A stretch of 63,962 nt of DNA, the filler included, from Stramenopiles sp. TOSAG23-6 (taxonomy: Eukaryota), in assembly GCA_900128565.1 (NCBI GenBank). It is 4 parts of 4 records of this genome, joined end to end, with 100 filler letters (N's around TTAATTAATTAA, not from the genome) between each part and the next. Parts side by side here need not be neighbours in the genome. Positions count along the whole stretch, not along the records: positions 48,419 to 63,962 come from LT636111.1; 3 more parts are not named here. One strand, given 5' to 3'. A program made the position numbers and the translations under genes. The notes beneath the pieces were generated by a model, which had not been told where the DNA came from, searched no databases, and was given only the letters and a program-made list of their open reading frames with translations. Shown here piece by piece: positions 48,946-60,293 of the stretch. Positions within the stretch are counted from its first letter, which is position 1, and each line of letters begins with the position of its first letter.

Positions 48946-49722
48946 TTAGTTACTGCATACAGTAACTGCAACCGGTTGCGCAGTTACAGGTGCTTGTACC
49001 ATTTGAGATGGAGCAGCTTTTAGAGGAACTTGCGTAACTTGGACAGTACTTGTCGGAAGCTGGGCACGATAGATTTTTACTTGATTGTTTACGGGACTCA
49101 TTTTGTGACCAAAATATAAACCAACGATATACAAAATATTTGTCGCCATCAAAAACCACATTCCCTTTGCCGGGTTTGGGAAATGTCGTTCAACACCTTG
49201 CGTGTCTGAAAATACTGCATAAAGATTATTAGCGCCATAAAAGAAAACACCATTGGCAACTATGCAACATATTAGTGCACATCCAACGAATGTCCGAGGA
49301 TTTCCTTTATTGTTTCTTGTTGAAAGAAACCCAAATACGCATGTAGTAGCAGCCAAAAGAACGCCCATAATGTGAAAAGCGATAAAAACACATCCGAGAT
49401 CTTTCATCAATTCAAAAGCGACCAATAAATCATTTTGTGCCCCTGCTTCGTATCCTCCTCGCTCGGCCACCACAATTTGTGATTTAAGTAGTTTAATCAT
49501 GTCTGAATATGTCCCTACACCTGCAAATTCCTTCGACATTTCTTTCCATCCCAATTTGGGCCATAATTCTCCTTTCGCATCTTTAAAACTACCACCGCCG
49601 ACCATTTCTTTTTGTGAGAGACCAATGATATGCAACAGAAGACCAATACTGACTGCAGCTACAGCAATCCGGCTGAATCCGGATGGAAGTTGAAAGCTGG
49701 TTTTACTCTTTGTATTCATCAT
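48946..49722 (-). CDS. Four-TM (claudin-like topology) membrane protein
   Basis: Four hydrophobic segments and a Pro/Gln/Val-rich tail. Confidence 0.6.
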   Translation of the reverse strand: MMNTKSKTSFQLPSGFSRIAVAAVSIGLLLHIIGLSQKEMVGGGSFKDAKGELWPKLGWKEMSKEFAGVGTYSDMIKLLKSQIVVAERGGYEAGAQNDLLVAFELMKDLGCVFIAFHIMGVLLAATTCVFGFLSTRNNKGNPRTFVGCALICCIVANGVFFYGANNLYAVFSDTQGVERHFPNPAKGMWFLMATNILYIVGLYFGHKMSPVNNQVKIYRAQLPTSTVQVTQVPLKAAPSQMVQAPVTAQPVAVTVCSN

Positions 49723-50044
49723 TTTTGCTTGTTTTGTTTTATGCGCAATAAGAATTTGCAAATGTCGCAGTGAGAAATATACCTTTGGTACACTGACTAC
49801 GTATGAAAGAAGCTCGGTGGAAACACGCGCTGAACTCCGCTGAACTAACTATATAATAAATTACCGGGTATCCCACATTCCGGTCAAAAGTGACAAGCCG
49901 TCAGAACGCTCAACACTGTCAACAGTGTACACAGAATAGAACAATTTTGTAGCACTTGTGTAATAAAAAGTGTAATTGCCCTGCTTGTCATACTGTGCAG
50001 TTTGTGTATTATTCATTCTTTTAGGTGTGTGACTTTTAAGGTTG

Positions 50045-50254
50045 ATGGAATCCGCAAATCACAGTCAGGCATCTAGAACAAACTTGCACAGTCTTGCGGT
50101 AGAGATCTCAGAACTTGAGTCTGCTGAAAAAGGCAGTGCGGTATATGTTAAGAGACATAACTTTGGTCCATTTTTTCTTTGTAAGACGGGTGAGCTCTCC
50201 AACATCATCTCAGCAAAAAAGGCTGCGCTAGATATTGCAAAAGCGTCCTGCTAG
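50045..50254 (+). CDS. Small prefoldin-like protein resembling ASDURF
   Basis: EISELESAEKGSAVYVKRHNFGPFFL resembles ASDURF ([23 protein letters not shown]). It ends 14 nt before the next ATG. Confidence 0.55.
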   Translation: MESANHSQASRTNLHSLAVEISELESAEKGSAVYVKRHNFGPFFLCKTGELSNIISAKKAALDIAKASC

Positions 50255-50268
50255 ATACTACTACATAT

Positions 50269-51699
50269 ATGAGTGACGAGTTGTTTGTCTCGGCATTGCG
50301 AAGCAACCGCTTGTTACAAGTGACTCTAAGCAAACAACTTTCTAATATAGCTCTCACCAAGGCAAGCATCACTCGGGAACTTGATAGTATCCTTGCCAAG
50401 CCCAAGTTGGCTAATAAATGTAATACGCTCATATCACCAATTAATCATGCACACTATACTTGTCAACCAAATGGGGCAGCCGTCGCAAGTTGGCTATTTT
50501 CTCGTCCTGGACAAAGAAATTCTTCGTCGTACTTCAATATGGGACCAAAGTGTCGTGGGCCACGTATGAATGAAGATACAGAACGTGTTGTATACTCTTT
50601 AAATCTTCCTCACCGATATTTAAGAGAAAAAACACACTTAATAAGAGTCCCACATATACACTTTCGTTCGGACTGGACTGCGGCAGAAAATAAAGGCCTC
50701 GAAGATGGCATTCGCGTACACAACAAAAATTGGACTATCGTGAAGAAGCCGATTGCTTCCAACCACTCTATAGATAATATTGATACATGTGCTAAGTACA
50801 AGGACTTAAGTCTTTCATCTAGTATTTTAAATGACAAGCTGTCGATGCTGGAAAAAAATCCTCCTTTCGCGTTGTCTAACAGAACAGTCGCTGATGACAT
50901 TGACTGGGAGTGGCTCGCACGGAGGTATGTTCCGTCACGATCATCAAAGGCATGTAGAATTCAGTGGCAAAAGCTAAACCCTTCTTTGTCAACTTTACAT
51001 TGGTCAAATACGGAAGATGTTCAACTGCTGATTTGTTCTAAAAAACGTGGATTTCGTGATTGGCTAAATATTGCAGAAGATTTGAAGGTTGCAACGAAAA
51101 ATACCAAAGTGCGACATCCTATTGACTGCTATCAACGATATCTCCATTTAATCAATCGTGACTCAAAGGATAAACGTGGAAAAAATGTAAAAAGTGTTAG
51201 CACTAATATTGTTGGGATGAAACGAAAGAGATGGTCTCAGCAGGAAGATGCTGCATTAAAGCGCGGCATGGCTTTATACGGTGCAAATGGTAATGAATCG
51301 AACTCAATGTTGAAAGAATTCGAGTTCACCCCTACAAACTGGCAGTTGGTAGCAGCTTCTCAGCCAGAGCTTAAAGACCGTGACGCTACCAGTTGTCTTC
51401 ATCACTGGATTTCGTGTATTGATCCAACTATAAAATTTGGACCTTGGACCACCGATGAATCAATTCGATTGCTAGTGACTGCACAGGCATATTATCCATC
51501 TTCTCCTCAAATAAATGTATGTGATACTCCTTCAGAAGATATTCCCCCGGTAACAGTAGATACAGGGGAATGTGTAAAGAAGGATGTCAAGGATTCTATA
51601 AAACTAAACTATAAAGCTATATCTCAATATATTAAAGGTAGATCAGCGGGTAAATGCCGTGCAAAGTATCTAAAATTAAGAAAGCAGTTGAAACAATAA
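50269..51699 (+). CDS. Multi-Myb repeat protein, SNAPC4 (snRNA-activating complex)-like
   Basis: WTAAE..L, DWEWLA..RS..CRIQW, WSNTED..L, RWSQQED.AL, GPWTTDE.IRL and GRS..KCR.KY motifs. Confidence 0.7.
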   Translation: MSDELFVSALRSNRLLQVTLSKQLSNIALTKASITRELDSILAKPKLANKCNTLISPINHAHYTCQPNGAAVASWLFSRPGQRNSSSYFNMGPKCRGPRMNEDTERVVYSLNLPHRYLREKTHLIRVPHIHFRSDWTAAENKGLEDGIRVHNKNWTIVKKPIASNHSIDNIDTCAKYKDLSLSSSILNDKLSMLEKNPPFALSNRTVADDIDWEWLARRYVPSRSSKACRIQWQKLNPSLSTLHWSNTEDVQLLICSKKRGFRDWLNIAEDLKVATKNTKVRHPIDCYQRYLHLINRDSKDKRGKNVKSVSTNIVGMKRKRWSQQEDAALKRGMALYGANGNESNSMLKEFEFTPTNWQLVAASQPELKDRDATSCLHHWISCIDPTIKFGPWTTDESIRLLVTAQAYYPSSPQINVCDTPSEDIPPVTVDTGECVKKDVKDSIKLNYKAISQYIKGRSAGKCRAKYLKLRKQLKQ

Positions 51700-51797
51700 A
51701 TCAAGGCTGAACTTCTTACATTGTATTTGTAATTATTAAATAAGGAAACATATACCATTTCAATTTATCTTAAAACATTCATGGCTTATTTTTGTTT

Positions 51798-54083
51798 TTA
51801 AATACTGAAATCTTTTGATGTGTCTACCCTTCGAATCCCAAATACATCTACTACTGGTTTTGCTATGGGTATGGTAATACCAACATTTTCTGGTGTTACT
51901 ACATTAGTTCGCAAATGATGCATTTGTTCATACGCCTCTGTTGCACTATCTGGTGTTATGACGTTGATTCTTGACTGACCAACAGTAGAAAATGTTTCTC
52001 TTCCATAATGTGAATTTAACGGACTCATTAACCCTATAGCTTCCATAGAGCTATCGTCCACGTCCATACTTTGAGTATTATCTACAACTTCATCACTAGA
52101 AGTACCACTTAACTGGCGTTTATACTGAATTTCTAACGAGCTACTTTCATTCATAGTTGCATTTTTTCCGGCTGAACTAGTAGCAACGTTTTTCTTCATC
52201 ACATCAATGCGAGTAGGAAACATATTTCTCATATAAGGATTTGGTGCTTCATAAGTGAAACCACCAAACTTCTCAATTGATGAAGACTGTGGAGCATTTT
52301 GCAATACCCCGGATTTTGTTTTCATTGGTACTGGAATCGAAGATGGGTCAAGAAGCTGTTGACTCGTTTCGATATAATCCTGTAAATTGTTACATCTTGT
52401 ACTATTATCAGGTGAGAGAATAGGAAGAGACGTAAACTCTTGATCAAATTGTGATGTATCAAATATATCTTTTGTAGGAGGCTTCCATGGAGCATCCACT
52501 GTCCCAGCTAATAAACCTTCCCAATCAATGGGAGAAAAAAATGAATGGTCTTTAATCTCACTAACGTCACTATTCTCACCACAACCTAATCGATTAGTTG
52601 GATCTTTCGCTAATAAACCCTGTAGTAAAAGCACCGCAGAACTAGAAAGGTAACTCGGAAAACGGAGAGATGCCTCTCGTATTTTATTGAACATTTCTTG
52701 TCTCTCTTGAGAATAAAATGGGGGTAACCCAGTTAACATTTCATACAAAAGTGCACCCATACTCCACCAATCAACTGCACAGCCATGGCCTGTTCGATTT
52801 AAGATTTCTGGGGCAAGATACTCTGGCGTTCCACAAAAAGAGTGAGCTCCAAAAAGATTATCGTTAACGCCTTCTTTAGAAAGGCCAAAATCAGCAAGTC
52901 GTATGTGACCGTCTTGTGTAAAGAGAATGTTTTCAGGTTTTAAATCACGATAAACAACACCCAAACTATGCAAATGTTCAAGAGCCAAAAGTATTTCTGC
53001 AGTATAAAAACGGGAACGTAGTTCACTGAAGCGTCCTTCTTGGCCTAGATGGAAAAAGAGCTCACCACCACCACAATAGTCCAACACAAAATACAACTTT
53101 GTTTTATCCTGAAATGCATATTTAAGACCTACGATAAATGGATGTTCAATTTTTTCGAGTACAGATCGTTCGGTTCGAGTATGCTCAACTTGATTACGTT
53201 TAATAATGGTTTTTTTTACTAAAATTTTCATGGCGAATATATCTTGTGTATCCTTCTTTCGCACTTGAATTACTTTACCAAAACTACCCTTTCCCACGAC
53301 TTTAATCAAATGGAAATCCTTTAAATCAACTCTCTCCTTTTCAGTTGATGTCGTATTATTTCCTGTGAATTCAGCTGAATTTGTCGGTATTTTCCCATTT
53401 GAAGTACTTGCTATAGTGTTTTTCTTTTTTTGTAATTGACAAATTGAACTATCAGAAACATTACGCATATTTTCAGTATTTCTGTCGACATTCATGCAAG
53501 TTGTTGCTTCACGGCTGTTTCTAACTAAAGTTGGAGTCAAACGATTTGCACTTGGTAACTTTGAAGCGTTTTCCTTTTTTATTGTTTTACATTCGTCTAT
53601 AAAAGTGGCATTTTTCAACTTTGCAATAATATTTTCAGCGGCATTAGCGAAATTAACTGATTTCGAATCAGGTGTACATACAACTCCACTAAGCGACTTT
53701 GGCATGACATTCTTGTTTGAAAGAATAAATGTCGTGAAAAACTCCGAATGGAGTACTGAAGGAACTGATACAATAAGTCTTAGCCATTCATGTAGCTCAT
53801 CGCGTCTTTGACGCAAATGATCAGGTCCATCTGACTTACCAATTAATGTCTTAAGAACATGCTTTGGAGGACAACTCGGCAAAGAAGGTTGTGTATTCTT
53901 AATATGTGTATACAGTGAATAAAACTGAGAATACCGGCGGTAAACAACCCAGCCATTACTAGTGTTATCTTGGGCGTGCACGATATAGACAACATGTCTA
54001 TTTGAATTTCCAACTTCACCATAACCAACAATGTTTAAAGATATACCTGTCACTAATTTACTATGGTGTAAAGAGTGAAACAT
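51798..54083 (-). CDS. PX-domain AGC Ser/Thr kinase (SGK3/PKB-like)
   Basis: PX (VYRRYSQF..L); GKGSFGKV, YRDLKPEN, DFGLSK, FCGTPEYLAPE; hydrophobic motif FGGFTY. Confidence 0.93.
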   Translation of the reverse strand: MFHSLHHSKLVTGISLNIVGYGEVGNSNRHVVYIVHAQDNTSNGWVVYRRYSQFYSLYTHIKNTQPSLPSCPPKHVLKTLIGKSDGPDHLRQRRDELHEWLRLIVSVPSVLHSEFFTTFILSNKNVMPKSLSGVVCTPDSKSVNFANAAENIIAKLKNATFIDECKTIKKENASKLPSANRLTPTLVRNSREATTCMNVDRNTENMRNVSDSSICQLQKKKNTIASTSNGKIPTNSAEFTGNNTTSTEKERVDLKDFHLIKVVGKGSFGKVIQVRKKDTQDIFAMKILVKKTIIKRNQVEHTRTERSVLEKIEHPFIVGLKYAFQDKTKLYFVLDYCGGGELFFHLGQEGRFSELRSRFYTAEILLALEHLHSLGVVYRDLKPENILFTQDGHIRLADFGLSKEGVNDNLFGAHSFCGTPEYLAPEILNRTGHGCAVDWWSMGALLYEMLTGLPPFYSQERQEMFNKIREASLRFPSYLSSSAVLLLQGLLAKDPTNRLGCGENSDVSEIKDHSFFSPIDWEGLLAGTVDAPWKPPTKDIFDTSQFDQEFTSLPILSPDNSTRCNNLQDYIETSQQLLDPSSIPVPMKTKSGVLQNAPQSSSIEKFGGFTYEAPNPYMRNMFPTRIDVMKKNVATSSAGKNATMNESSSLEIQYKRQLSGTSSDEVVDNTQSMDVDDSSMEAIGLMSPLNSHYGRETFSTVGQSRINVITPDSATEAYEQMHHLRTNVVTPENVGITIPIAKPVVDVFGIRRVDTSKDFSI

Positions 54084-54847
54084 TATTGTCTAAACGTGGA
54101 AGAACTTTCAATTTTTTTCTATTTCTAGGTTGCTTGTATTTTTATTATACTTCTCCACCAAAATCGAAACACACAACGAAATTATGATATACAACAACAA
54201 CAGCAACGATGTTACTTCTTCAGCATGAAGCGATTGTGAAAATGCCGGTTTGCTTGTACAGTGTCTATTTTTAGCTTCACTTGGGACACAATCAGGAGTA
54301 CACAGTGTTGTCTAAATATGTCTAAGTTCGAGAGAGGAACGCGAAGTCGAAAAAGAATTTTTCTAAACTGTGCCAAAGCCCTAACCCTAACTTTCGCTTT
54401 CACTGCAGAATTTTCTTTGTAGAAAATTACTTTTTCTTCTTTTTCTACTACCAAAAAAATGGTACGAACAACACGATCACTCATTCTTGAAAGATCTCTC
54501 TCTATCCGAGCGAGATTATCTAAAATTTTAATCACATTTGATAAAAACAACCTTGCTGAGCAAACATTTTAGCTGTTACGTTCAATTCCGCGAGCGATTT
54601 AATGTTTTGACACTTATTTAAGCAACATTTACATCTGTGGATACGAAAAGTTGCGTTATTTTCAGTAGACAAGCTTGCCTATTTTTCGGAAAAGGTGTTA
54701 TTCGGAAAAGGTGTTACTTTGATTGTACTAGTTCCCCATGTTCACTTTGTAACTTTTATTCAACTTTTATAACTTTGAAATTTAAAAAAATATGTTGAAT
54801 AGGTAATAATCTCAACATATTCATTGAAAGAAAGAAGTTTAGTCACG

Positions 54848-55798
54848 ATGGCTACGGAAGGGTTTCCATGTAAACTGGGGTTGAAAAATGAAACACTATT
54901 GAACAGCCACGGCATGATCAACGCCGAAACAGAAATTTTGAGGGGTTCTAGGAGTTCTATAGTTCATAGTGAACCAAACGCTCTTGATGATTTTGGAAAA
55001 GTACTTGATTCAATACGAGGAAAAGAGGTGGTCGTATTTTTGGATTATGATGGGACACTTGCTCCAATTGTTGATAACCCAGACAAAGCATATATGACAG
55101 ACAAAATGAGAAAAACTGTTCAAACTGTAGCTTCAAAATTTACGACTGCTATTGTCACTGGAAGAGCAAAGGAGAAAGTTAAAAAGTTTGTAAATTTAGC
55201 AGGTATCGTATATGCGGGCAGTCATGGATTTGAAATTGAATGCCCAGATAATTTAGAATTAATTTACGCAAACGATTTTCTACCAATGCTGAAACAAGTC
55301 TTCTCGCAGTTAGAAGACTTAGTCAGTACAATCGAGGGTGCTACACTAGAAAACAACGTTTATTCTATTTCTGTTCATTATCGTTGTATATCTATTGAAA
55401 AATTTGATGATGTCAAAAGAATTGTGGACAACGTGGCTAAAAGGTTTCCTTTGCTAGAAATTAAGTCAGGTAAAAAGGTTTTTGAATTTCGGCCACGTGT
55501 CAAGTGGGGTAAAGGTAGGGCTGTAAAATGGTTACTCACGAAATTTGGTTTATCTAATCGAGCTGATATTATTCCCATATTCATTGGTGATGATGTGACT
55601 GATGAAGACGCCTTTAATTATCTCCTAGAACTCCCTTCAGAAGAGGAGCAAAATATAACCAAAGGTATAGGCATTATAGTGCGCGATGCAGAATCTTCAG
55701 ATAGAAAGACTATGGCTACTTATTCGTTACGTTCTACTGAAGAGGTAAGAAAGTTCCTGGATAAGTTGAATGCATCAAGTGTATCACGCCGTGTATAA
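54848..55798 (+). CDS. Trehalose-6-phosphate phosphatase (HAD)
   Basis: FLDYDGTLAPIV, YAGSHG, SVHYR, GKKVFEFRP and IGDDVTDEDAF motifs. Confidence 0.93.
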   Translation: MATEGFPCKLGLKNETLLNSHGMINAETEILRGSRSSIVHSEPNALDDFGKVLDSIRGKEVVVFLDYDGTLAPIVDNPDKAYMTDKMRKTVQTVASKFTTAIVTGRAKEKVKKFVNLAGIVYAGSHGFEIECPDNLELIYANDFLPMLKQVFSQLEDLVSTIEGATLENNVYSISVHYRCISIEKFDDVKRIVDNVAKRFPLLEIKSGKKVFEFRPRVKWGKGRAVKWLLTKFGLSNRADIIPIFIGDDVTDEDAFNYLLELPSEEEQNITKGIGIIVRDAESSDRKTMATYSLRSTEEVRKFLDKLNASSVSRRV

Positions 55799-55911
55799 TA
55801 CTTGGCCTTGACATGAGATATGTAAGAAGAAAGCAAGTTTTATAAAATAAAAAGTGTGAATGATTAGAAAATATTTCGAGGAACATATTATTGAGTTATT
55901 TATTATAAGCC

Positions 55912-56583
55912 TTATGGACGTACACCAGCTTTCATAATGCCCGGTTTGCCCATATATTGACGATAGTCGCGTCTTTGGCAAACACCAACAAATCCCTTTG
56001 AGGAAGTACCATGATTACTCGTAACCTTTTTACCCTTTGTGGTCCCAAGTGCGCTAAATCCCATAAGTTTTGCCATTTGCTCTTCTTCAGTTAATTCTTC
56101 AACTTTTACCTCTTCTATCTTCTGTGCAGTTATTTCGGCAGTCTGTTCATTGTGTTGGTTGTCATTGTTCTTCCTTCTACCAGGCTTACTGTCGTATCTT
56201 TCTCTGCTTCTGTTTCTGGTGTATCGGTCAGCACTCTCACGATGACGTCCGTTGTATCGGCCGCCGTTACGACTATCGTGGTCTCGCACATCGAATCCAC
56301 CTTCGGGGGATTTTCTTCCACTTCTGCTTCTGCTTCGACTGCGACTTCTGTTTCTACTTCGGCTTCTACGTCTGTTTCTACTTGTGCTTCTACTTCGGAA
56401 GCGGCCTCTACTTCGATTTCGGCTGCTACTTCTACTTCTTTGTCTGCTTTTGGTCCGATTATCACTTTCATCTATTCTTCTACGGGATATCCGATCACGC
56501 TTTGGATAATCATGTCTACTGGATTCACTCCCACGTTGTCTTTCACGTTCTAAATCAAGATTGGAACCACGACGACTCGACAT
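55912..56583 (-). CDS. SNRNP27: U4/U6.U5 tri-snRNP 27-kDa protein
   Basis: RS domain plus M..LMGF....TTKGK.V..N....R.YRQYM. Confidence 0.88.
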   Translation of the reverse strand: MSSRRGSNLDLERERQRGSESSRHDYPKRDRISRRRIDESDNRTKSRQRSRSSSRNRSRGRFRSRSTSRNRRRSRSRNRSRSRSRSRSGRKSPEGGFDVRDHDSRNGGRYNGRHRESADRYTRNRSRERYDSKPGRRKNNDNQHNEQTAEITAQKIEEVKVEELTEEEQMAKLMGFSALGTTKGKKVTSNHGTSSKGFVGVCQRRDYRQYMGKPGIMKAGVRP

Positions 56584-56851
56584 AACGCGAACTCAAAACC
56601 TTCACTTGATTTCTTTTTGAAACGAAATCTATAAGTCTCCCTGTGAGCTCCAAAATTTCAATAATATATTGTAAACAATTTTAGTATTAGAGATGTCAAC
56701 TACGTACCTGCTTGAGAGACCACGTAGTAAAATATAGGGTCTGATAATTATTAATCTAATATAGGTCAAACCGGCAAAGTTGTATTCTGGGACTTGGTGA
56801 TTGTTTCCAAATGCGGAAGCGGAACGAACAACAAGCGAATTTTGACCGAAG

Positions 56852-56879
56852 CTAACCCTAACCCTAACCCTAACCCTAA
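56852..56879 (+). repeat. Interstitial telomeric (CCCTAA)4 / telo-box in a divergent promoter
   Basis: ctaaccctaaccctaaccctaaccctaa. Confidence 0.8.
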
Positions 56880-57222
56880 GCCATTGGAACGATTTTGACT
56901 TTTTTACACGCGATGTGTATATCGCGATTTTGAGATTATTCGTCTTCGGCATATTATTTTATTAGGTATTAGGTATATTATATAGCCGTACTATCTCTAG
57001 CTAGGGCACCATCGACAACAACATTAGTAGATTCTTGCCTTCTCTTTACGTCTTCGAAGATTAACAATATATATGTACTGCTATCGGTGATGAAATTGTT
57101 ATCTTCTATGAATCGCAAGGCAACTATTGTAAATGTAGATATTCTCGCTACAAACATCAGGAACTCCTAAAACCCTCTCGACTGTTCTTTTAGACGCTTT
57201 TTGCGGTAGAACCTTATACAGA

Positions 57223-59804
57223 ATGTCCGGCTCAGTGGAAAGAGAAATATTGTTTAATTATCCTTCTTCTACACTTACGAAATGGATTGCACAACCTGGT
57301 ATTACTGTGAGCAAAGGGGATACACTCGCGCGCTGCCGCGGAAGTAGTAAGCGTTACACTGTTGTGGCACCTTGCCGAGGCGAAATAGTATCACACAGTG
57401 TAACTGAGGGTGCTTCACTAACACGAGGTTGCCGTGTCGCTATCTTCAAGGAGAAACAGTGTCTTCATACAATTTGTTACAGCGGTCTGTGTGCTACTTG
57501 TGGCGAGACGATGCCTAAAAAGGGAAACAGTGGAAGACTTTTGTCTTCCAAACAAACTTTGAGTGGCATAGGTTCTCAATCAAGTAGAAAAGGCACGATA
57601 GTCAATACTGGTGCTGGTCATGAACTTCTCGTGATGGGGTCGGAGGCAGCACATCTTCAAAGGGAAGCCGAAGCTCGTTTGATAAAAAAACGGCAACTTG
57701 TAGGTTTTCAAAATTGAATTTTTTACCTATTTTTTTTTTGTAGTAAATTTTGTACCTAACAAAGTTTTTACTTTAAAAAAATCACAATACATGCTTTGAT
57801 CTTAGATTTAGATAGCACAATAATAGAAAGTACAGTTGATACGTCAGCAATGGAGTTATTAGCTCCTCAACATGCTACATCATGGTTAAAAGCAGGCTTA
57901 GAACCCATAAAAATTTTACGTGTGGGTGGTATGCCCTACTATCTAAAATTGCGTCCAGGTGTTCGCGAGTTTCTTAATTTAGCCTCTAAAAAATTTGAAT
58001 TACACATTTACACACATGGCAATAGGCAGTATGCTGAAGAAATTCGAAAAGTTCTTGATCCTAAATGTACATTATTTAATGAACGTATTATTGCTCGCGA
58101 TGACGTCACTCAAGGGACAACACTTGGGAAAGATAGAGCTGATAAACCAGTATATCATAAAACACTTGAAAGACTTTTTCCACTTGATGATTCAATGGCT
58201 ATTATAATTGATGATCGTGCAGATGTTTGGCGGTTTGCTGAGAATGTCATTCAAGTTCTTCCATATCATTTCTTCAATTGTCTTCGTAGAATGAAAAACC
58301 TTTTTGATTCTCAAAAGAATGTTCAACCTAAAAATATTTCAAAAACAAATAGCTCAATTCCATTGGCGTCATATGCACCTCAACCAAAAAATATAGATAC
58401 TTCTAAACATCTCAAAAATGATAGTACTGTACTAGATGAACTTACACGAGATAAACATGTATGTTTGTTTATTTATATCATTTCAATTCATTTTTTTTTC
58501 GTAGTTAATTTTGTACCTAACGAAACAAAATCAAATTTTTGAAATATTTTCATACAAAACATGGTGATTTGGATCAATTGGAAAATTTGCTTGTAGTCAT
58601 TGAAAAAATACATAGTGAGTTTTATAGTGGATTTGATGAGAAAAAACATCAAGCAAAAAAAAATAGTAGAATAGAAGAATATAATATTGTAGGTACTAGG
58701 GAACTCACTCAACGACATCGTTGTACTGTTCTCCGTGGTGTACATATATCATTTAGTGGTGTATTTGAACTTTCTGATAATTTCCCTGAAAATCAAAAGA
58801 TTTGGAAAAATTGTGTTTCACTTGGAGCAAAGTGTAGTAAATCACTCACTGCACATACGACGCATCTGATTGCAAAACGATCACGAACAGCGAAAATTCA
58901 AAAGGCAACACAAATGCCTGGTGTATGGGTGGTCAATCCAAAATGGGCAGATGCAGCGTATTGGTGTTTGTCTTTTCCTGATGAGTCGAAATTTTTACTT
59001 CCTGGTATGGAAAGAATTTTACCAAAAGGAGGCATTACTGCTGCAAAAAAAATTCTTTGTGAAAGACAGTTAATGCTGAATGCATCTATAGCTAACGAGA
59101 CAAAAAATAGTTTTGATCGAAAGAGACGCCATAATGCAGATAATACACATGAGAAAGTCAAGCGAAGGCGTAATGTATCGTTTCATCAGGTTAATACTGT
59201 AAATTCTAAAAGTGGAAAAGTTGAACAAAAATATTGTGATGATGATGATGATTACCGATATAGTGATGAAGATGAAGGATTTGGGTATTGGGTCGACAAG
59301 AGTTCTAAAAAATGTGTACAACCTAATGCTAAAAACATTAATAATCAAGTTACAAATTCGAAATTTTCTAGTCGTTCAAACCATTTGGAAATAGAAGCTA
59401 ATGATAGTCTTGATTCTTGGACAAAAGATCAGTTACAACTATTCAAACCAAACACTCACACAGATAAGGATAATAATGATTTTCAACATGGTGATGGGAT
59501 AAATAGTAATAATAACATTTGTAGTGAAGAGGATAGTGATGACGATATTAGTGATGACGATGCTGATTTAGAAGCTGGTTTGTTCGAAACAGATAATGTA
59601 AGTGAATGTAAAGAAAAAGTTCCACTTGAAAATTCGTTACATCCCTCCTTAATACAGCCAATGACTCAAGCGAAACAGCGTATCAGTGCCGAAGAAATCT
59701 TGAAAAAGAGCTCTGAAAAATTCCCAGGTGGGCAAAAAATGATCCTTTCTAACAGTAAATCAACACCTATGCCTGATCCTACGAGTGATGATGATTTTTT
59801 TTAA
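57223..59804 (+). CDS. CTDP1: RNA Pol II CTD phosphatase FCP1, 3 exons
   Basis: Biotinyl-like N-domain, C.H....GLCA.CG, LILDLDSTI, KLRPG, IIDDR.DVW and BRCT. Introns 57700-57792 and 58459-58562. Confidence 0.92.
57700..57792 (+). mobile_element. Introner-like intron, GT-AT
   Basis: ctt|GTAGGT..atcacaataCAT|gct restores KRQL-ALILDLD. Confidence 0.85.
58459..58562 (+). mobile_element. Introner-like intron, GT-AT
   Basis: cat|GTATGT..tacaaaaCAT|ggt; aaacatg repeat at both junctions. Confidence 0.8.
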
Positions 59805-60293
59805 TTGGCCTAGATTAAAATATATGATAATATTAGAGGTGATTTCGAAATCAAATATTTTTTTTTTTTAGTTGAAATATTTTAAAGCGACGTAGACTTC
59901 AATAAAAAGGAATGTACACATTCATCTTTGTTTATTGGTTTTATTAGGTTCAATATTTTGAAGAATATTTCTCTTATTTGGATGATTCTTGGAACAAAGA
60001 TTACTTTCCCATTTATCATTGTTATTTGTTAGAAATATAATGGATACTGTTTTTTTCTTGAAATGTTGAATCTTGTTTGAAGAACCCATTATTTACTTAC
60101 CGTACTTATTAATTACTGTAGGAATTTCGAAAATTATTATAGCTCAATAAAAGCGTCTTAGTTAAAAGTGGTTCAAATGCACTCACTCATGATAAAGAGA
60201 TAATGGAAAATTGAGAATATTTTATTTTTCATATAAATTCAATTCATTGTATTTGATTCAATCAATTTATTCAATTTTTTTCATCAGTTTACA

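Noticed and set aside
56039-56585. Overlapping antisense ORFs over SNRNP27 and the ankyrin genes
   Set aside because: Shadow ORFs of repetitive, low-complexity coding sequence.
18625-59804. Alternative genetic code or stop readthrough as the cause of the broken ORFs
   Set aside because: Long intronless genes translate cleanly with the standard code, and the breaks coincide with introns or single homopolymer indels.
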